Position numbers and translations under genes: made by a program. The notes below the pieces were generated by a model, which had not been told where the DNA came from, ran no database searches, and saw only the letters and a list, made by a program, of their open reading frames with translations. Shown here one piece after another: positions 9,021-17,104 of a DNA stretch of 32,000 nucleotides. How positions within the stretch are numbered: the stretch's first letter is position 1; each line of letters starts with the position of its first letter. Source of the DNA: Thermodesulfobacteriota bacterium (GTDB taxonomy: Bacteria > Desulfobacterota > WTBG01 > JAGOGO01); assembly GCA_026625185.1 (NCBI GenBank), contig CP113000.1:210001-242000 (forward strand), in the 5' to 3' direction.

Positions 9021-9163
9021 TTTACCCCGTTAGAAATGCCCGGCCTGCCCTGTTAGGTGTTAAATATCTAACGGGTTAAAGAAGCACTGGGTAACCTTAA
9101 AGATTCTTACACTTTTTTACGGGTGGAAAATGTCCGTGGGGAAAACCTTCTAACGGGGTTTAC
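9021..9163 (+). repeat. Nested-palindrome repeat element, copy E1 (longest, 143 nt)
   Basis: Outer inverted repeat CCCCGTTAGAA...TTCTAACGGGG, inner inverted repeat CCCTGTTAG-N11-CTAACGGG, and core AAGAAGCACTGGGTAA. Flanked by TTTAC on both sides. Homologous to 15747-15860, 11684-11791 (-) and 30911-30957. Confidence 0.85.
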
Positions 9164-9203
9164 TTCAAGATTAAACAAAATAACAAGGTGAGTTTTGTTT
9201 GTG

Positions 9204-9701
9204 TTAATCAGTTTCCTTAATCACTTGACCGTGGGAAGTAAAAGAAACACCTTGTTGGCCCTTGGTGCCAATCATTATAGCCTCGATCAAAGGCGCGGTG
9301 ACATTACTTTTTGATTCCCAGGTTACAATAAAACTAGCGCCTGAACCTCCACTCTTATCGGATTCCTGAATAATAACCCGCGTTGAGGTCAGAGGATTAA
9401 GCTTTAAATGATTCTGCAGGTAACCTTTAAGAAGTTTACCCTCGGAGCCATAATAGTTTATTGATGTTATGGTAATTGGAGAATCAGGATCGGTATTTCT
9501 TATACTGAGCGTTGCCGTTAGGTCAAGGGGATGTTCCTCCCGGTCACCATGATAAATATGAGAATAAATCGGCACATAAACCATCTGACCCCGGCATCGT
9601 TTGACTTCCGCTAAGGTGTAATGTGTGATGAGGAGCGCATTAATAACAAAGACAAACCCTAAAAGAAATAAACACTTTTTTAAGTAATTTTTTGGTATCA
9701 T
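9204..9701 (-). CDS. DUF3124 domain protein with N-terminal membrane anchor/signal
   Basis: Matches my memory of the DUF3124 signature: VYVPIYSHIYHGD, LSIRNTD, SGGSGASFIV.W, and a hydrophobic N-terminus. RBS GGAG lies before the ATG. Confidence 0.65.
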   Translation of the reverse strand: MIPKNYLKKCLFLLGFVFVINALLITHYTLAEVKRCRGQMVYVPIYSHIYHGDREEHPLDLTATLSIRNTDPDSPITITSINYYGSEGKLLKGYLQNHLKLNPLTSTRVIIQESDKSGGSGASFIVTWESKSNVTAPLIEAIMIGTKGQQGVSFTSHGQVIKETD

Positions 9702-9984
9702 TTTTTCTCCTTGAAACTATGTGGATAACTTTGTATGTCCTCCTAAGGGTGGCTTTGGCATAACCAAAGCGGTTGTGTTTTTTTAAGATAAGTTTTATCC
9801 GGGTAGAGTAAAATACACGTGACCATTTTTTTATTTTTATACCAATACACTAAGTTTTGTCAACCGCCTTAATCATCGGACGAAAAGTTTTACCAGTAAG
9901 GAAATTCCTCTCCCCCAAATTGGAGAGAGGGAGAATAAAAAATCTTACAAGAAACTGATTTTTGCCGGCGGATAGTTGAGTTTT

Positions 9985-12900
9985 TTATTTGCCGGCGAGG
10001 TATTGTTTGAGAAACCGGGCGGTGTACGAGGTATGAGTGTGCTTTAGAATTTCCTGGGGAGCGCCGGTTGCCAAGACGTAGCCGCCTTGGTCCCCTCCTT
10101 CCGGTCCCAGGTCAATGATATGGTCTGCGGCACTAATGATGTCGAGGTTATGTTCGATAATGGCAACCGTATTTCCTTTATCCACCAGCCCGTGAAGTAC
10201 GCTTAAGAGTTTTTCAATATCCGCGAAGTGAAGACCGGTGGTTGGTTCATCGAGGATATACAATGTCTTCCCCTGGGCGGAACGGGAGAATTCATAAGCG
10301 AGTTTAATCCGCTGGGCCTCTCCGCCGGAAAGGGTGGGGCTGGGCTGGCCCAGGGTGAGGTAGTCAAGACCCATGTCGGTAATAATCTTTAAAGGCCTGG
10401 CGATAGCGGGAATGGCGGAAAAGAAATTCGCGGCTTCCTTCATGGTCAGGTTGAGTACTTCGGAAATTGTTTTGCCTTTGTAGTTAATGTGTAATGTCTC
10501 TTCATTAAACCGCGTTCCTCCGCAGACCTCACAGTCCACATACACATCCGGGAGAAAGCTCATCTCGATCCTCTTTTTTCCTTGCCCGGCGCAGGCTTCG
10601 CATCGCCCTCCTTTCACGTTAAAGGAAAACCGTCCGGGATTATATCCCCGCATCCGGGCATCGGGGATAAACGAAAAAAGCCTCCGGATGTCATCATAGA
10701 AACCCACGTAGGTTGCGGGGGTTGAGCGGGGAGTACGGCCAATAGGGGAGTGGTCAACATCGAGCACCCGGTCAAGATGTTCCCACCCGGATAAAGCAGA
10801 GAATGTCGAATTGTTTTGTTTTAGACCCAGAAGGTGATTTTTAACACCCCCTAAGATGACTCCTTTTAAGAGAGTTGACTTTCCTGCGCCGGAGACACCG
10901 GTAACGCAGGTTAAGGTTCCGAGGGGAAGGGCGATCTCGATATTTTTGAGGTTATGTTCCCGAGCGCCTTTAACCATAAGCCATGTATCCGGCGAGCGTT
11001 TTCGCGAGGTAATGATTCGGCGGTTGTGATTTTTCAGGAATTGTCCGGTAATTGAGTGAGGAGTATTTAACAGTGTTTTGAGTGTTCCGGAGGCGATTAC
11101 TTCACCTCCCTGAATTCCTCCTCCGGTGCCCAAGTCAACAATAAAGTCTCCGTGCCGGATGGTCACTTCATCATGTTCCACCACCACCAGACTATTACCC
11201 AAGTTTTTTAGCTCTTTCAAAGTTTGAACCAGCATCCGGTTATCGCGGGGGTGAAGCCCGATGGTCGGCTCATCCAGAATATAACAGGCCCCGCGCAGGT
11301 TGGAGCCTAACTGAGCGGCTAAACGGATCCTTTGAGACTCACCTCCGGAAAGGCTGTCTCCGCGGCGATTGAGGGTGAGATAGGAAAGACCAACTTTGAG
11401 AAGAAAGGCAAGGCGGGTGTTAATCTCCCGGACAATGGCGCCGCCGATTGCCTGTTCGTGAGAAGAAAAGGAGATGGCGCGAAAAAATTTCTCCGCTTGA
11501 GCAACCGAAAGCGACGTCACATCCCAGATCCCCAAACCCTTTACCTTGACGGCCAGCGCATTAGCCTTAAGTCTTTTTCCTTTGCAGGCCGGGCATTCAA
11601 CCTCGTTAACGTCAGACGGCCTATCGGTTGCTTCGAGGAACTGATCATAAAAGAATTCTTGCGAGTAATGATCAGGCTCGGCTATAAACCCCGTTAGAAG
11701 ACTTTCAGACGGAGCATGTACCCGGTGCTTCTTCACCCCGTTGGATTTTGATATCAAACGGGGCAAACGGAGACTTTCTAACGGGATAAAACCTATTCCC
11801 GCGCAGCGGGGGCAGGCGCCGTGTTTGCTGTTAAAAGAAAATAAGCGCGGGTCAAGCGGTTCAAAGCTCTGAAGACAGCGGGGGCAAAACAACGTATCGC
11901 TGTACCGCTTTTGTTTGCCCTCAGCACTAACAGCAAAAAAAGTACCCTCCCCCTGTTGGAGGCTTTCTCGAACGATCTCATCCAAGGTAATTTTTCTCCC
12001 GGAAGAGACATTCTGCCGAGCAATGAGGAGGTCAACTTCATGCTCCTGGTAACGGCTTAAAGCCGGCGGCTTGCTGAGATCAATGATTTTTCCATCAATA
12101 CGGGCTTGGGAATAGCCCTTTTTCAGGGCCTGGGTGAAAATATCTTTATGGAACCCTTTTCTTCCGAAAACTTTGGGGGCAAAGAAAGAAACAAGTTCTT
12201 CCCGAAACGATGCCTGAATATCTTGCGCGATTTGTTCCACGTTCTGAAGCGTGATCGGCTGATCGCATGAAGGGCAGTACTGAGTGCCGAGCTTACTGTA
12301 GAGAAGGCGGAGGAAATGGTAGATTTCCGTCACGGTGGCAACAGTCGACCGTTTTCCTTCCCGGTACATCCGCTGTTCGATCGCCACGGTGGGAGGGATT
12401 CCGGCGACCAAGTCAACATTGGGTTTATCCATGATCTTAAGATACTGCCGGACATAAGGGGTAAGGCTTTCGAGATAGCGGCGCTGGCCTTCCGCGAACA
12501 GGATATCAAAAGCAAGCGTGGATTTGCCTGAGCCGCTCATTCCGGTGATGACCGTCATTTTCCCCCGGGGGATGGTTACCGTGATGTTCTTGAGGTTGTG
12601 TTCCCGCGCGCCCATAACCCGGATTTCCTCGGCAGAAGGTTTACCCTTTTTTTTAACGACCGCACGAGGTTTTTTCTCGTGGATGTTTGAGGCGCCCGGT
12701 TTGAGAATCTCTTTCAGGAACTTTCCGGTCCGGGATTGAGGACACGCCGCAACTTCTTCAGGAGTACCTGCGGCCACGAGAAAGCCTCCGGCCTCACCTC
12801 CTTCGGGTCCCAGGTCAATGATATAATCAGCGTATTTAATGACCTCGAGGTTATGTTCCACGATAACGACGGAGTTTCCCTTTGCCACTAAACTCTGGAG

Positions 12901-15495
12901 AGTCGTGAGGAGCTTGGCGATGTCATCACAGTGAAGGCCAATGGTCGGTTCATCAAAGATAAACAGGATATTTTTGGACTGCGGAGCGCTGATCTGTTTC
13001 GCTAATTTAAGCCGCTGGGCTTCTCCGCCGGAGAGGGTGTTGAGAGGCTGACCTATCTTGATGTTGCCCAAACCGACATCAGTGAGGACTTTTAAATGAG
13101 GGCTTACCTTGGGGAGGACTTTGAAAAACTCCAATGCCTCATCCACTGTGAGGCTCAAAACCTCTGCGAGATTTTTTTTCTGAAAAGTGACTTCCAAGAT
13201 TTCCGGCTTGAACCTTTTTCCCTGACAGTCAGTACAGGTGATGTAGATATCGGCTAAAAACTGCATTTCGGTTTTCTCATACCCGTCTCCTTTACAGGTC
13301 TCACATCTTCCGCCCTCGACATTAAAGGAAAACGATGAGCTCGTGTATCCCCGCTCCTGAGCGAGCGGAGTGCGTGCAAAAAGAGCGCGGATGGCATCAA
13401 ACGCTTTAAGATAGGTCAGGGGGTTTGAGCGCGGGGTTCCGCTGACGGTTTTTTGGTTAACCAGCATGACCTCGTGAATCAGCTCAGTTCCTTTGATCGC
13501 GGCAAACGCGCCCGGTTTTTCCTCAAACACTCCTTTTTCTCGCTTTATGCCACGGTAAAGAATCTCTTCAATCAGGGTGCTTTTTCCTGAACCCGAAACA
13601 CCGGTTACGCACACCACCATTCCCAGAGGAATTTCGAGGTCGAGGTTTTTGAGATTGTGCTCGCCTGCTCCGAAGATCCGGATCGTGTTGGTTTTTCGAG
13701 GGCTTCTCCTTTTTTGGGGGAGAGAAACTTTCAGCGCTCCGGAGAGGTATCGCCCGGTAAGCGAGTTCTTAGCTCGTGTTATTCCCTGCGCTTTTCCGAA
13801 ATAGACTAATTCTCCTCCCTTCTCCCCGGCGCCCGGACCGAGGTCGAGGATGTAGTCGCTGTTCTTGATGATTTCCGGATCATGCTCCACCACCAGCACG
13901 GTGTTATTATTTTTTTTAATCTGATGGAGGATATTCATTAAGCGGAGGTTGTCGCGGGGGTGAAGCCCGATGCTCGGTTCATCGAGGATGTAAAGGGTGT
14001 TGGCAAGCGAGGAGCCTAAGATAGTGGTGAGATTCAGCCGTTCCACTTCACCGCCCGAAAGGGTGCGCGACTGGCGGTCTAAGGAAAGGTACCCAAGCCC
14101 GACATCAATCAGGTAAAGGAGACGGTTTTTGATTTCCTGAAGAATGGTCTCGCTGACCTTGTCATCTTTGGCCTGAAGGCGGGTAAAAAAATCATGAGCC
14201 TGAGCAACACTCATCCGGTAAAGCTCGCCGATATTTTTTTCTTCCACCTTCCAGAAGAGCGCTTCTTTTTTGAATCGTGTGCCATGGCAGGCCGGGCACT
14301 CACGGTATCTCCGGTAGCGGGAAAGGAAGACCCGGACGTGCATCTTGTATTTTTTAGTCTCCAGCCATTCAAAAAAGCCCCGGATTCCGTAATAGTCGGA
14401 AGTTCCATTGATAATGTCCTGCTGATCTTTTTCCTTTAAATCTTTAAACGGGATAGTAGTCGGGATTTTCCGGGCGCGGCAAAACTCCATCAGGTCGTCA
14501 AACTCGATTCGTCCGGGCTCGGGCTTCCAGGACTTGATGGCTCCTTCTCGTAATGATTTGGTCTTATCCGGGATAACCAGTTCGATGTCAAAGTCAATGA
14601 TTCTTCCAAACCCGCGGCAGTTTTCGCACGCCCCTAACGGGCTGTTAAAAGAAAAAAGATTGGGGACCGGATACTGGTAATTGAGGTCACAATAGGGGCA
14701 GTGAAACTCGGCGCTGAATTTTAAAACATCCTGTCCCGGAAAAACAAGCGAGCAATGCCCTCCGCCAAACTTAAGCGCTCCTTCGAGCGAATCAATGATC
14801 CGCTTTTTTGCCCCTGTTTTCATGGTCAGCCCGTCCATCACCATGAGAACTTCTTTTTTGGCTTTCTTGAGGACCTGGCTGAGCGGCAGAATTTCGTTGT
14901 TATAATAAGCGCGTGAAAACCCCATGCCTGAAAGATAGGTTTCTACGTCATTCCGGTTAAGTCCATTAAATTTAATGGGGAACGCGATAATAAATTCTGT
15001 TCCTTCCCCCCGGGTCAGGAGACTCTCCCAGATGGTGAACGGTGTATCCCGTTCTACTTCTCTTCCGCAGGCAGGACAATAAAGAAGCGCTATTTTAGCG
15101 AAAAGCAGTTTACAGAAGTCAGTGATCTCGGTCATGGTGCCCACAGTGGAGCGGGACGTTTTTACCAGGTTTTTGCCGTCAATGGCGATGGCCGGCGGAA
15201 TTCCTTCGATTTTATCCACCCGGGGTTTATCCATCCGGTCCATAAACTGGCGGGCATAAGGGGAAAAGGTCTCCACATACCTTCTTTGCCCTTCAGCGTA
15301 CAGGGTATCGAAAGCGAGGGATGATTTTCCCGAGCCGCTTACCCCGGTAATGGCGATGATCTGAAAGAGGGGGATTTCAAGGTTCAGATTTTTTAAATTA
15401 TTCTGCTTGGCGCCGATAATCCGGATTGAGTCGTAAGCGTTCATTTTTTTGAGGTACTGCTGGGTGTGATTTTTAATCTCTTTCTTTCTTGACAA
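9985..15495 (-). CDS. Tandem-fused double UvrA-like ABC ATPase (two complete UvrA units, four nucleotide-binding modules)
   Basis: Four Walker A motifs (GVSGSGKSS, GVSGSGKST, GMSGSGKST, GVSGAGKST) and four LSGGE signatures. CxxC zinc modules appear in UvrA order in both halves. The two units are joined by a basic linker (KKPRAVVKKKGKPSAEE). The ORF opens with TTG at 15495. ATG at 15444 (MNAYDSIRIIGAKQNNLKN) resembles a canonical UvrA N-terminus and may be the real start. Confidence 0.85.
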   Translation of the reverse strand: MSRKKEIKNHTQQYLKKMNAYDSIRIIGAKQNNLKNLNLEIPLFQIIAITGVSGSGKSSLAFDTLYAEGQRRYVETFSPYARQFMDRMDKPRVDKIEGIPPAIAIDGKNLVKTSRSTVGTMTEITDFCKLLFAKIALLYCPACGREVERDTPFTIWESLLTRGEGTEFIIAFPIKFNGLNRNDVETYLSGMGFSRAYYNNEILPLSQVLKKAKKEVLMVMDGLTMKTGAKKRIIDSLEGALKFGGGHCSLVFPGQDVLKFSAEFHCPYCDLNYQYPVPNLFSFNSPLGACENCRGFGRIIDFDIELVIPDKTKSLREGAIKSWKPEPGRIEFDDLMEFCRARKIPTTIPFKDLKEKDQQDIINGTSDYYGIRGFFEWLETKKYKMHVRVFLSRYRRYRECPACHGTRFKKEALFWKVEEKNIGELYRMSVAQAHDFFTRLQAKDDKVSETILQEIKNRLLYLIDVGLGYLSLDRQSRTLSGGEVERLNLTTILGSSLANTLYILDEPSIGLHPRDNLRLMNILHQIKKNNNTVLVVEHDPEIIKNSDYILDLGPGAGEKGGELVYFGKAQGITRAKNSLTGRYLSGALKVSLPQKRRSPRKTNTIRIFGAGEHNLKNLDLEIPLGMVVCVTGVSGSGKSTLIEEILYRGIKREKGVFEEKPGAFAAIKGTELIHEVMLVNQKTVSGTPRSNPLTYLKAFDAIRALFARTPLAQERGYTSSSFSFNVEGGRCETCKGDGYEKTEMQFLADIYITCTDCQGKRFKPEILEVTFQKKNLAEVLSLTVDEALEFFKVLPKVSPHLKVLTDVGLGNIKIGQPLNTLSGGEAQRLKLAKQISAPQSKNILFIFDEPTIGLHCDDIAKLLTTLQSLVAKGNSVVIVEHNLEVIKYADYIIDLGPEGGEAGGFLVAAGTPEEVAACPQSRTGKFLKEILKPGASNIHEKKPRAVVKKKGKPSAEEIRVMGAREHNLKNITVTIPRGKMTVITGMSGSGKSTLAFDILFAEGQRRYLESLTPYVRQYLKIMDKPNVDLVAGIPPTVAIEQRMYREGKRSTVATVTEIYHFLRLLYSKLGTQYCPSCDQPITLQNVEQIAQDIQASFREELVSFFAPKVFGRKGFHKDIFTQALKKGYSQARIDGKIIDLSKPPALSRYQEHEVDLLIARQNVSSGRKITLDEIVRESLQQGEGTFFAVSAEGKQKRYSDTLFCPRCLQSFEPLDPRLFSFNSKHGACPRCAGIGFIPLESLRLPRLISKSNGVKKHRVHAPSESLLTGFIAEPDHYSQEFFYDQFLEATDRPSDVNEVECPACKGKRLKANALAVKVKGLGIWDVTSLSVAQAEKFFRAISFSSHEQAIGGAIVREINTRLAFLLKVGLSYLTLNRRGDSLSGGESQRIRLAAQLGSNLRGACYILDEPTIGLHPRDNRMLVQTLKELKNLGNSLVVVEHDEVTIRHGDFIVDLGTGGGIQGGEVIASGTLKTLLNTPHSITGQFLKNHNRRIITSRKRSPDTWLMVKGAREHNLKNIEIALPLGTLTCVTGVSGAGKSTLLKGVILGGVKNHLLGLKQNNSTFSALSGWEHLDRVLDVDHSPIGRTPRSTPATYVGFYDDIRRLFSFIPDARMRGYNPGRFSFNVKGGRCEACAGQGKKRIEMSFLPDVYVDCEVCGGTRFNEETLHINYKGKTISEVLNLTMKEAANFFSAIPAIARPLKIITDMGLDYLTLGQPSPTLSGGEAQRIKLAYEFSRSAQGKTLYILDEPTTGLHFADIEKLLSVLHGLVDKGNTVAIIEHNLDIISAADHIIDLGPEGGDQGGYVLATGAPQEILKHTHTSYTARFLKQYLAGK
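11684..11791 (-). repeat. Nested-palindrome repeat element, copy E4, embedded in frame in the double-UvrA CDS
   Basis: The - strand reads TTTTATCCCGTTAGAAAG...GCCCCGTTTGATATCAAAATCCAACGGGGTGAAGAAGCACCGGGTA...TCTTCTAACGGGGTTTAT. This is collinear with copy E2, including an identical 12-mer GTGAAGAAGCAC. Length is 108 nt, encoding FIPLESLRLPRLISKSNGVKKHRVHAPSESLLTGFI. Confidence 0.85.
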
Positions 15496-15667
15496 TTTCT
15501 TGTTTTTTTGATACTACCGTTTTGGTTTTTAGGAAGCGATCTTTTTTCAATTACCAAGCTATTATCATCGTTTAAAATTTTAAAAAATATTTTATTATTT
15601 AAACCCCGTGCCCTTCGGAAAGAGTATCGCGCAATCACTTAGAATAGACAAATCCGCGCAAAAAAAA

Positions 15668-15683
15668 GTATATTTAAATATAC
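15668..15683. promoter_or_regulatory. Perfect 16-bp AT-rich palindrome GTATATTTAAATATAC in the divergent intergenic region (candidate operator)
   Basis: Perfect dyad read directly from the sequence. It lies between the - strand double-UvrA start and the + strand ORF at 15950. The function is inferred only. Confidence 0.3.
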
Positions 15684-15746
15684 GCTCTTTGCCTCTTTGT
15701 TTCCAGGCAGGGAATCAAAAATTTTTTGTTAAAGAAATTACCGGCG

Positions 15747-15860
15747 TTTTACCCTGTTAGAAAGACCAGCTTGCCCTGTTAGATATAAAATATCTAACAA
15801 AGTGAAGAAGCACGGGGTAATGGTAAATACACCGGTTGAAATTCTTCTAACGGAGTTTAC
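15747..15860 (+). repeat. Nested-palindrome repeat element, copy E2 (114 nt)
   Basis: TTTTACCCTGTTAGAAAG...GCCCTGTTAGATATAAAATATCTAACAAAGTGAAGAAGCACGGGGTAA...TTCTTCTAACGGAGTTTAC. About 80% identical to E1 over the left 70 nt. Confidence 0.85.
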
Positions 15861-15949
15861 CGGAATCTGATATTTTTTAAAAATTTTTCCGCTTTTCCGG
15901 AAGACCACCCGCTTATTGTGTTACAACAACTCAGGAAAAACAGGAGAAC

Positions 15950-16372
15950 ATGAAACGAGATAACAAGATAGATGAATTATTCGAAGAGTTTGGCTCTTCA
16001 ATGTCGGTAAATTTGATTGTCCAAGGCCCCCGAGAAGTTCTTGACCTCAGAGGTCAGCTTCTTAAAGGGTGTTTGCAATGCCAAAAGCGGATCAGTGAAT
16101 TTATGCTTTCCCAGGATATTGCCTGCGCTCTTACCGCCGGTCACTATGAGATAAAATCCGATGCCGCAAAATTTCTTCAAAAAATCTGCAACAATGCTAT
16201 TTCCCTTGCTAAGGCAAGCGAGAAAACCGACGGTCTTGTCCGGGCTTCCGGGGATACGGCCATGGTGCTGAAAACCTTAAAAGAGGTTGACCCGAAAAAA
16301 TTCCTCGAAGTTTTGTGTATCCTGTTAAAATACGAAAAGGAGAAAAAGGGTGACAAAGCTCATACCGTATAA
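15950..16372 (+). CDS. Hypothetical protein (140 aa), no recognisable domain
   Basis: RBS GGAG lies before the ATG. The 3' end overlaps the next ORF by 23 nt. Probably helical. Confidence 0.55.
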   Translation: MKRDNKIDELFEEFGSSMSVNLIVQGPREVLDLRGQLLKGCLQCQKRISEFMLSQDIACALTAGHYEIKSDAAKFLQKICNNAISLAKASEKTDGLVRASGDTAMVLKTLKEVDPKKFLEVLCILLKYEKEKKGDKAHTV

Positions 16373-16961
16373 GAAAGCAAAAAGCCAGGCACTTAAGCTT
16401 CTTAAAGCAAAAGATGTAAAAGAAGCGGAGAATGTTTTAGCCCTTTGCACGGATGAAACCCGTTTGCGCATTTATGGTGAAATGACACCTCATGAGCTGG
16501 GATTGCTGGCTTCCCGGGGAGACATGAGCTGGATAATTTGCGAACTGCCCCGGGAAATGCTGATTAACGCGCTCGCTCATGATCCGGAACTGATTGATGA
16601 AAAAGGCCAGCTCTATCCGGTGCAGGCAGTGGCGGTTGCCTATTCTTTAACTGACCGGGAGGATGCTCCTAACCTTTATCAGGAAGAGGACCTTATCCGC
16701 AATATTGTAAGCATGGCTTTTTTGGTTGAAGTGCCGGAGGAATTTGATTTTGAAGAGGCAGATGAGGTGGAAAACTGGCTATTGAACCATTGGCTTAATC
16801 GATTTGAGCCGGACATTGATGACTTGCTGAAATACGATGAGGAAACGTTATTTGGTATTACGGCAGATATCCGCGAGAAAGCGAAGGAAGAGATCCGAAT
16901 AATTCAAAAAGCGATGAAAGCACGAGCGGAAAAAGTCGAACGCGAAATGTTTGATATTTAA
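16350..16961 (+). CDS. Hypothetical acidic protein (203 aa), no recognisable domain
   Basis: GTG start 7 nt after AAGGAG, inside the 3' end of the preceding ORF, which suggests translational coupling. Asp/Glu-rich (EEFDFEEADEVENW). Followed by a terminator. Confidence 0.55.
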   Translation: MTKLIPYKKAKSQALKLLKAKDVKEAENVLALCTDETRLRIYGEMTPHELGLLASRGDMSWIICELPREMLINALAHDPELIDEKGQLYPVQAVAVAYSLTDREDAPNLYQEEDLIRNIVSMAFLVEVPEEFDFEEADEVENWLLNHWLNRFEPDIDDLLKYDEETLFGITADIREKAKEEIRIIQKAMKARAEKVEREMFDI

Positions 16962-16980
16962 ATTTGGCGGCTTCAATTTC

Positions 16981-17035
16981 ACCCTCACCCTGACCCACTC
17001 CCTCAAGGGAGAGGGTATTTCTATTTTTCCTTTTT
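16981..17035 (+). terminator. Rho-independent terminator candidate
   Basis: ACCCTCACCCT (16981-16991) pairs with AGGGAGAGGGT (17006-17016), 11 bp with one mismatch. Followed by ATTTCTATTTTTCCTTTTT. Starts 20 nt after the stop at 16961. Confidence 0.5.
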
Positions 17036-17104
17036 CTCACAGGATAGAGGGCGTATCTCGGCGCTATGATTAATAACTTTTTTAAGGAATAAGACAACAC
17101 TTCT

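Noticed and set aside
9752-9784. + strand terminator-like hairpin GCTTTGG-CATAA-CCAAAGC followed 7 nt later by a T-run
   Set aside because: No + strand gene ends upstream of it. It lies in the 5' region of the - strand DUF3124 gene, where it would be read as an A-run followed by a hairpin. It is probably a leader structure or coincidental, so it is not reported as a terminator.
10487-14439. Many 60-120-aa + strand and out-of-frame - strand ORFs inside the double-UvrA gene (e.g. 11332-11697, 12316-12531, 13577-13804, 14194-14439)
   Set aside because: All are embedded in a continuous 1836-codon frame with unmistakable UvrA motifs. Several are simply the reverse complement of Walker A or signature regions.
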